Positions 1 through 5,174 of a stretch of DNA of 22,233 bases are shown here, in pieces. The notes below the pieces were generated by a model. It was not told the origin of the DNA, did not search any database, and saw only the letters and a program-made list of their open reading frames with translations. The DNA lies in NCBI GenBank assembly GCA_043819795.1, contig JBDREN010000028.1:1-22233 (forward strand). Direction: 5' to 3'. Numbering within the stretch: the first letter of the stretch is position 1; each line of letters begins with the position of its first letter. The translations under genes were made by a program, and so were the position numbers. Source of the DNA: Elusimicrobiota bacterium. Lineage in GTDB: Bacteria; Elusimicrobiota; Elusimicrobia; UBA1565.

Positions 1-143
1 GGGGATCACCTCTCCCGCTTGCGGGAGGCGGGGATCACCTCTCCCGCTTGCGGGAGGCGGGGATCACCTCTCCCGCTTGCGGGAGGCGGGGATCACCTCT
101 CCCGCTTGCGGGAGGCGGGGATCACCTCTCCCGCTTGCGGGAG
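1..143. repeat. 29-bp tandem repeat, 4 identical units plus a fifth 27-bp unit; may extend beyond the left edge
   Basis: Unit GGGGATCACCTCTCCCGCTTGCGGGAGGC starts at 1, 30, 59 and 88. The unit at 117 matches for 27 bp and continues into the full palindrome ACCTCTCCCGC-TT-GCGGGAGAGGT (124-147). No spacers. Confidence 0.97.
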
Positions 144-511
144 AGGTCGCGCTGAGCGTAGCGAAGCGCGGGTGAGGGTCGGTCGGGCAAGGCCTCTAGA
201 ATCGCCCCCGGCACGCAATCCGTTTCCAGCAGGGCGTCGTTGTCTTGGAAGCGGAGGACCTGCCACCCCTTCGACCGCGGAAAGGCGGTCCGTTTCTTAT
301 CGTACTGTCGGCGCTCTCGATGCCGGCCTCCGTCCAGCTCGACGACCAAACGGCTTTCGACGCAGCGGAAGTTCACGATGTAGGGGCCGATGGGGTGCTG
401 GCGGCGGAATTTCCATCCGGCCGGCCTTCGCAATCGCAGGTGGCGCCGGATGCGGGCCTCGGCGTCTGTGGGGGTCCGGCGCAGACCGCGAGCGAAGTCT
501 ATCGGGTTCAT
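122..511 (-). CDS. DUF559 / Vsr-like endonuclease-domain protein, 129 aa, degenerate (possibly decaying)
   Basis: Family-like motifs ARGLRRTPTDAE, KFRRQHPIGPYIV, RLVVELDGGRH, YDKKRT, GWQVLRF. ATG at 511 with GAGG 9 nt upstream. Several consensus residues appear substituted (YIVNF for YIVDF, RFQD for RFWN). Confidence 0.85.
   Translation of the reverse strand: MNPIDFARGLRRTPTDAEARIRRHLRLRRPAGWKFRRQHPIGPYIVNFRCVESRLVVELDGGRHRERRQYDKKRTAFPRSKGWQVLRFQDNDALLETDCVPGAILEALPDRPSPALRYAQRDLSRKRER
124..178. repeat. REP-like palindromic element, left flank of the DUF559 gene
   Basis: 11-bp stem 124-134/137-147, second stem CGCGCT/AGCGCG (148-153/165-170), then GGGTGAGGG (170-178). Inverted counterpart at 561-597. 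Confidence 0.8.
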
Positions 512-560
512 GGGCGATGCCTCGTTACCGTATACGAGTGAACGCCTCCATGAGTTCCCC

Positions 561-597
561 CCCTCACCCTGACCCTCTCCCCCTTCGGGGGAGAGGG
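561..597. repeat. REP-like palindromic element, right flank of the DUF559 gene
   Basis: CCCTCACCC (561-569) followed by the perfect 11-bp hairpin CCCTCTCCCCC-TTC-GGGGGAGAGGG (573-597); inverted relative to 124-178. Confidence 0.8.
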
Positions 598-747
598 GAA
601 TCCGTCCCTCAGACCGCGTACGAACTGCGCTGACGCGAATCTCCGACGACACGACGCCGCAACGGCAGAGCCTCAGAGAGTCAACCGACGGAAACGGTGG
701 CTTACCATACGGCTTTGTCCGGGTGTCCCATCGCGGAAGTCAGGAGC

Positions 748-1150
748 GCAGTTTGCGGAAAATCCCGAAGATCCCATAACGGGACGTGAATGACGCGTCG
801 CCGTGCGCCGTGCCTGGCTAAGCGGAGTTTGAAGAAAATCCCGAAGATCCCATAACGGGACGTGAATGGCGCGTCGCCGTCCGCCGTGCCTGGCTAAGCG
901 GAGTTTGAAGAAAATCCCGAAGATCCCATAACGGGACGTGAATGGCGCGTCGCCGTCCGCCGTGCCTAGCTAAGCGGAGTTTGAAGAAAATCCCGAAGAT
1001 CCCATAACGGGACGTGAATGGCGCGTCGCCGTGCGCCGTGCCTGGCTAAGCGGAGTTTGAAGAAAATCCCGAAGATCCCATAACGGGACGTGAATGGCGC
1101 GTCGCCGTCCGCCGTGCCTAGCTAAGCGGAGTTTGAAGAAAATCCCGAAG
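748..1150. repeat. 76-bp tandem repeat, 5 units plus a partial sixth
   Basis: Units start at 748, 824, 900, 976, 1052 and 1128. Consensus GGAGTTTGAAGAAAATCCCGAAGATCCCATAACGGGACGTGAATGGCGCGTCGCCGT(C/G)CGCCGTGCCT(G/A)GCTAAGC. Units 2-5 vary only at unit positions 58 and 69; unit 1 is more diverged. Confidence 0.97.
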
Positions 1151-1168
1151 GGATTTTCTTCAAACTCC
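1128..1168. other. Perfect 19-bp inverted repeat just downstream of aspS (possible terminator or 3'-stabilising stem-loop)
   Basis: GGAGTTTGAAGAAAATCCC-GAA-GGGATTTTCTTCAAACTCC, 11 nt after the aspS stop. No U-tract follows on the minus strand, so it is not a canonical intrinsic terminator. Confidence 0.75.
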
Positions 1169-1179
1169 AAGATAACGTC

Positions 1180-2955
1180 TTAAGTATCGAGCTTGATGTG
1201 CAGCTCTTTGAGCTGCTTCTCGGAGACCTCCGAGGGGGCGTCGCTCAGGAGGTCGAGGCCCTTCGCCGTCTTCGGGAAGGCGATGACATCGCGGATGGAG
1301 TCCTCGCCCGCCAGCAGGGCGACCAGGCGGTCGAAGCCGAGGGCGATGCCGCCGTGCGGCGGAGCCCCGTATTCCAGCGCCCGCAAGAGCAGGCCGAAGC
1401 GCTTGCGCCGCTCCTGGGGCCCGTAGCCCATCAGGCCGAAGATCTTCTCCTGGATCTCGGGACGGTGGTTCCGGATGGAGCCCGAGCCCAGCTCGACCCC
1501 GTTGACCACGAAGTCGTACTGGTGCGAGAGCACGTTGCCCGGGTCGGTGTCGAGCTTCGGGATCTCCTCCTCGAGCGGCGCCGTGAAGGGGTTGTGGGTG
1601 AACGTCCAGTTCTCGCCCTCCGCGGCCTTCTCCAGCAGCGGGAAGTGCCTGACCCAGAGGAACGCCCAGGGCCTCGTGGGCTCGAGCCCCAGCTTGTCGA
1701 TGAGCTTGAGGCGCAAGACGCCCAGATGCTCGGCGACCGTCATGGGCTCGCCGGCCCCGAAGAGGAGGACGTCCTCGGGCTTCGGGGAGAAGCGCTCCTT
1801 GAGTCCGGCCAGCTCCTCTTCGGATAGGTACTTCGCGATCGGGGACTCCGCCTTGAGCTCGGCGCCGCGCCAGCGGATCCACGCGAGTCCCTTGGCGCCC
1901 ATGGACTTGAGCAGGTCGGCGAACTTGTCGAGATCGGTCCGCGAGAGTACGCGCGGGCCGGTGGCGGCCAGGGCGCGGACCACTCCGCCCGAACGCACGG
2001 CGTCCCCGAACACCCGGAACTTCGAGTCCTTCAACAGGTCCGAGCAGTCCCGGATCTCGAGCTCGTAGCGCAGGTCGGGTTTGTCGATCCCGTAGCGGGC
2101 CATGATGTCCGAATACTCGAAGCTCGGGAACGGGGTCTCCAGCTCGAGGCCGAGCACGTCCCGGAAGACCTCTCGCATCATCCCCTCGATGACCCCGTGT
2201 ATGTCGCGTTCGGTGACGAACGACATCTCGAGGTCGATCTGCGTGTGCTCGGGCTGGCGGTCGGAGCGCAGGTCCTCGTCCCGGTAAGCCCGGGCGAACT
2301 GGAAGTAGCGCTCGATGCCCGAGACCATGAGGATCTGCTTGAAGATCTGCGGCGACTGAGGCAGGGCGTAGAACTGCCCGGGATTGAGCCGCGAGGGGAC
2401 GAGGTAGTCGCGCGCGCCTTCGGGAGTCGACTTCGTGAGGACGGGGGTCTCGATGTCGAGGAAGCCCTGGTCGTTCAGAAATCGGCGGGCGGCCTGGGCC
2501 GCGTTGTGGCGCAGCGTCATGTTTCGCAGCATCCGGGGCCCGCGCAGGTCGAGGAACCGGTACTTGAGGCGCACCTCCTCGGTGGCGTGCATATGCTCGT
2601 CCACCTCGAACGGGAGGGGCTTGCAGGTGTTGAGGAGCTTGATCTGCGAGGCCTCGATCTCGACCTCGCCGGTGGGGAGCTTCGGGTTCTCGCTGCCTTC
2701 CGGCCGCGGCCGCACCTTTCCGGTCACGGAGATGACGTACTCCGAGCCGAGCCCTTCGGCCACGCCGAAAGCCTCCCGGTTCTGCGGCCTCGCCACCACC
2801 TGGACAAGCCCGCTGCGATCGCGAAGGTCGAAGAAGTAGACTCCCCCGTGGTCCCGGCGGGCGTGCACCCATCCGGCCACGCGTACGGTCTCTCCGATGT
2901 CCTTGGCGCGGAGCGCGGCGCAGGAGTGGCTGCGCATCGCGTCGTTGTCGGTCAT
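1180..2955 (-). CDS. aspS: Aspartate--tRNA ligase, bacterial type, probably non-discriminating Asp/Asn
   Basis: MRSHSC, GWVHARRDHGG, RLKYRFLDLR, STPEGARDYLVP, LPQSPQIFKQ, RDEDLRSDRQPE, GAPPHGGIALGFDR, IRDVIAFPK. ATG at 2955 preceded by GGGAGGA. Confidence 0.98.
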   Translation of the reverse strand: MTDNDAMRSHSCAALRAKDIGETVRVAGWVHARRDHGGVYFFDLRDRSGLVQVVARPQNREAFGVAEGLGSEYVISVTGKVRPRPEGSENPKLPTGEVEIEASQIKLLNTCKPLPFEVDEHMHATEEVRLKYRFLDLRGPRMLRNMTLRHNAAQAARRFLNDQGFLDIETPVLTKSTPEGARDYLVPSRLNPGQFYALPQSPQIFKQILMVSGIERYFQFARAYRDEDLRSDRQPEHTQIDLEMSFVTERDIHGVIEGMMREVFRDVLGLELETPFPSFEYSDIMARYGIDKPDLRYELEIRDCSDLLKDSKFRVFGDAVRSGGVVRALAATGPRVLSRTDLDKFADLLKSMGAKGLAWIRWRGAELKAESPIAKYLSEEELAGLKERFSPKPEDVLLFGAGEPMTVAEHLGVLRLKLIDKLGLEPTRPWAFLWVRHFPLLEKAAEGENWTFTHNPFTAPLEEEIPKLDTDPGNVLSHQYDFVVNGVELGSGSIRNHRPEIQEKIFGLMGYGPQERRKRFGLLLRALEYGAPPHGGIALGFDRLVALLAGEDSIRDVIAFPKTAKGLDLLSDAPSEVSEKQLKELHIKLDT

Positions 2956-2965
2956 AGATCCTCCC

Positions 2966-4291
2966 TCAATCTTGGGCCTTGTCGACGATGAGCTTGGCGC
3001 CGACCGTCTCGATGAGCTCGGAGAGGCCCACCTCAACCTGCTCCCCCCGGCCCATGTCCTTGAGGATGCAGGTCGGCGGGTCCTTCTCCAGCTCGGCGTC
3101 GCCGATGATGACGGCCAGGCGCGCTCCCTGGCGCCCGGCCTCCCGCATCTGGGCCTTGAGGCTCGATGTGAATACGCCGCAGCCGGCGCGAATGCCGAAG
3201 CGGCGAATCGAGTCGAGCAGGCGCACCCCCTCGGCCACGGCGCGGTCCTCCCGGCTCTGCAGGGCCAGGAAGACGTCGGCCCGGCGGCTCGGCAGGGCGG
3301 CGTTCAAGGCCCCGGCGCCCGGTTCCGCCGCGTCGGCGGCCATCAGAACGCGCTCGACGCCGAGGGCCCACCCCACGGCGGGCGTGTCGGGCCCCCCCAT
3401 CGCCGCGACCAGGGCGTCGTAGCGGCCGCCTCCGGACACGGCGTCCTGGGTCCCCAGTCCTTCGGCCGAGAACTCGAAAACGGTGCGGGTGTAGTAGTCG
3501 AGCCCGCGCACGAGGTTCTTGTCCGGATAGACGTGCTCGCAGCCGGCGTGCGTGAGCAAAGCTGAGACCTGATCGACGTGGCGGAGGCACTCAGGGCAGG
3601 GCTCGAGCGCGGGCGCGTCCTGGGCGAGCTTGGGGCCGTCCTCCTTGCAGTCCAGCGCGCGCAGGGGGTTGCGCTCGACGCGCCGGCGGCAGCTGTCGCA
3701 GAGCTCCGCCGCGCGCTCCGCCAGGAAGCCGCGCAGGCGCTCGCGGAAGAGAGGCCGGCAGTCGCGGCTCGCGTCGCAGCCCAGGTTGCCGAGGCGCAGC
3801 TTCGTCCTTCCCTCGAGCCCGGCCTGGTCGAGGATCGCTTTGTGCGCGAGGATGGCCTCGACGTCGGCGGCGGGGTGCGGGTTGCCCAGCACCTCGACCC
3901 CGATCTGCCCGAACTCCCGGTAGCGGCCCTTCTGCGGGCGCTCGGCGCGGAACATGCTGCCGATGTAGAACAGCTTCGTGACGCCCCCCTGCTGGCTCAG
4001 GTGGCGGTTGAGGAAGGCGCGAACGACGCCGGGCGTCCCCTCGGGGCGCAACGCGAGGCTCCGGCCGCCCGCGTCCTCGAGCTGGAACATCTCCTTCTCG
4101 ACGATATCGGTGGTCTCCCCCGTGGCCTTGATGAAGAGCTCGCGCGGCTCGAGGGTGGGGAGGCGGACCTCGCTGAAGCCGTAGAGCGCGAAAACGTGGC
4201 GCGCGACCGCCTCGAGCGCTGCGGCGCGCTCGGACTCCGGAGGCAGCACGTCCCGGAAGCCGCGGACGGGTTGGTGCTGAGGCTCGGCCAC
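2966..4291 (-). CDS. hisS: Histidine--tRNA ligase
   Basis: VRGFRDVLP, TDIVEKEMF, LRPEGTPGVVRA, FRAERPQKGRYREF, LVRGLDYYTRTVFE, GGGRYD; adjacent to aspS. Confidence 0.98.
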   Translation of the reverse strand: MAEPQHQPVRGFRDVLPPESERAAALEAVARHVFALYGFSEVRLPTLEPRELFIKATGETTDIVEKEMFQLEDAGGRSLALRPEGTPGVVRAFLNRHLSQQGGVTKLFYIGSMFRAERPQKGRYREFGQIGVEVLGNPHPAADVEAILAHKAILDQAGLEGRTKLRLGNLGCDASRDCRPLFRERLRGFLAERAAELCDSCRRRVERNPLRALDCKEDGPKLAQDAPALEPCPECLRHVDQVSALLTHAGCEHVYPDKNLVRGLDYYTRTVFEFSAEGLGTQDAVSGGGRYDALVAAMGGPDTPAVGWALGVERVLMAADAAEPGAGALNAALPSRRADVFLALQSREDRAVAEGVRLLDSIRRFGIRAGCGVFTSSLKAQMREAGRQGARLAVIIGDAELEKDPPTCILKDMGRGEQVEVGLSELIETVGAKLIVDKAQD

Positions 4292-4293
4292 GG

Positions 4294-4992
4294 TCAGTCT
4301 TCGGGGTGGATGGCGCTGAAGATGAGGGATTCGAGCTTCGTGAGGTCTTTGAGCGTGACTCGCCCGCCGCGCGTCTCCACGATGCCGGCGCGCCGCAGGA
4401 TGCCGAGGGCCCGGGAGAGCGGCTCGCGCGTGGTCCCGACGAGGTCGGCGAGCTCCTGCTGGGAGTAGCGCTGCTTGAGGACCACGGCGCCGGCGCAGGA
4501 GGTGGTGTCGCCGCCCGCGAGGTCGCGGAACGTCTTCGCCAACCGGCCGAGGATGTTACGGAACAGCATGTTCTCGATGTCCTCGTTGGCGCCGCGCAGG
4601 CGCTGCGAGAGGGCCTTGAGCATATATATGGACAGCTTCGGATCGGAGAGCAGCAGCCGCTTGAAGTCCCCTTTGTGGATGACCAGCATGCGGCAGGGCT
4701 CCACGGCCTGGACCCCGGCCGAGCGCGGCTTGTCCTCGATGATGGCCATCTCGCCGAAGAAGTCCCCCCGGCCGAGATAGGCGAAGGTCTTGCTCTTCTT
4801 CCAGCCCGACCGGATGAATATCTTTACGCGGCCGGACATGACGATGAACATCTCCTTGGCCGCTTCGCCTTTCTCGAAGATGACCTCCCCGGCCTCGTAG
4901 TTGCGCGTATGCGAGATCGATAGGATGCGCTTGAGCTGCTTCGCGGGCAGCTTCTGGAAGAGCCCGAACCGTCTGAGAGTCGTGATGGCCAT
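4294..4992 (-). CDS. Crp/Fnr-family transcriptional regulator (cNMP-binding domain plus HTH)
   Basis: GEVIFEKGE, SGRVKI, GDFFGEMAII..PRSA, C-terminal SQQELADLVGTTREPLSRAL. Start placed at ATG 4992, downstream of a predicted promoter. Confidence 0.93.
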   Translation of the reverse strand: MAITTLRRFGLFQKLPAKQLKRILSISHTRNYEAGEVIFEKGEAAKEMFIVMSGRVKIFIRSGWKKSKTFAYLGRGDFFGEMAIIEDKPRSAGVQAVEPCRMLVIHKGDFKRLLLSDPKLSIYMLKALSQRLRGANEDIENMLFRNILGRLAKTFRDLAGGDTTSCAGAVVLKQRYSQQELADLVGTTREPLSRALGILRRAGIVETRGGRVTLKDLTKLESLIFSAIHPED

Positions 4993-5001
4993 GATTGGGA
5001 A

Positions 5002-5030
5002 AATATACCTTATAGCCGCCCGGCGAGCAA
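5002..5030 (-). promoter_or_regulatory. Putative sigma70 promoter for crp-hisS-aspS
   Basis: TTGCTC (5030-5025), 17-nt spacer, TATATT (5007-5002), in an AT-rich patch 9 nt upstream of the ATG at 4992. Confidence 0.6.
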
Positions 5031-5172
5031 GCCGAGTCAGCGCCGTAGTCAACGCCGCGAGCCTGCCTCGCGGCGTTTATACCTTCGAGTTATCAGCAAA
5101 CCCGTCGCAAGAGGTCGTTGTTGTCGTTGCCGTTTTCACGCAGCAGGCTCGCCCCGCGGCGCTGACTTCGGC
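5031..5172. other. Structured intergenic element with terminal inverted repeats and an internal 11-bp hairpin
   Basis: GCCGAGTCAGCGCCG (5031-5045) pairs with CGGCGCTGACTTCGGC (5157-5172, one indel). GCGAGCCTGC (5057-5066) pairs with GCAGGCTCGC (5143-5152). Hairpin AACGCCGCGAG/CTCGCGGCGTT (5051-5077). Confidence 0.6.
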
Positions 5173-5174
5173 GC

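Noticed and set aside
1..143. CRISPR array (29-bp palindromic repeat)
   Set aside because: The units are directly adjacent with no spacers, and there are no cas genes in the window.
748..1150. CRISPR array or tRNA array (76-bp period)
   Set aside because: The would-be spacers are nearly identical. No cloverleaf, paired T-arm or CCA end was found on either strand.
970..1170. 66-aa ORF across the 76-bp array, and the plus-strand ORF 19..633
   Set aside because: Both are by-products of repeat or antisense sequence with no recognisable protein features.
5077..5139. tmRNA tag-like reading (GGC AAC GAC AAC AAC)
   Set aside because: No tRNA-like acceptor or T-arm ends, the region is too short, and the peptide lacks the Ala-rich C-terminus.
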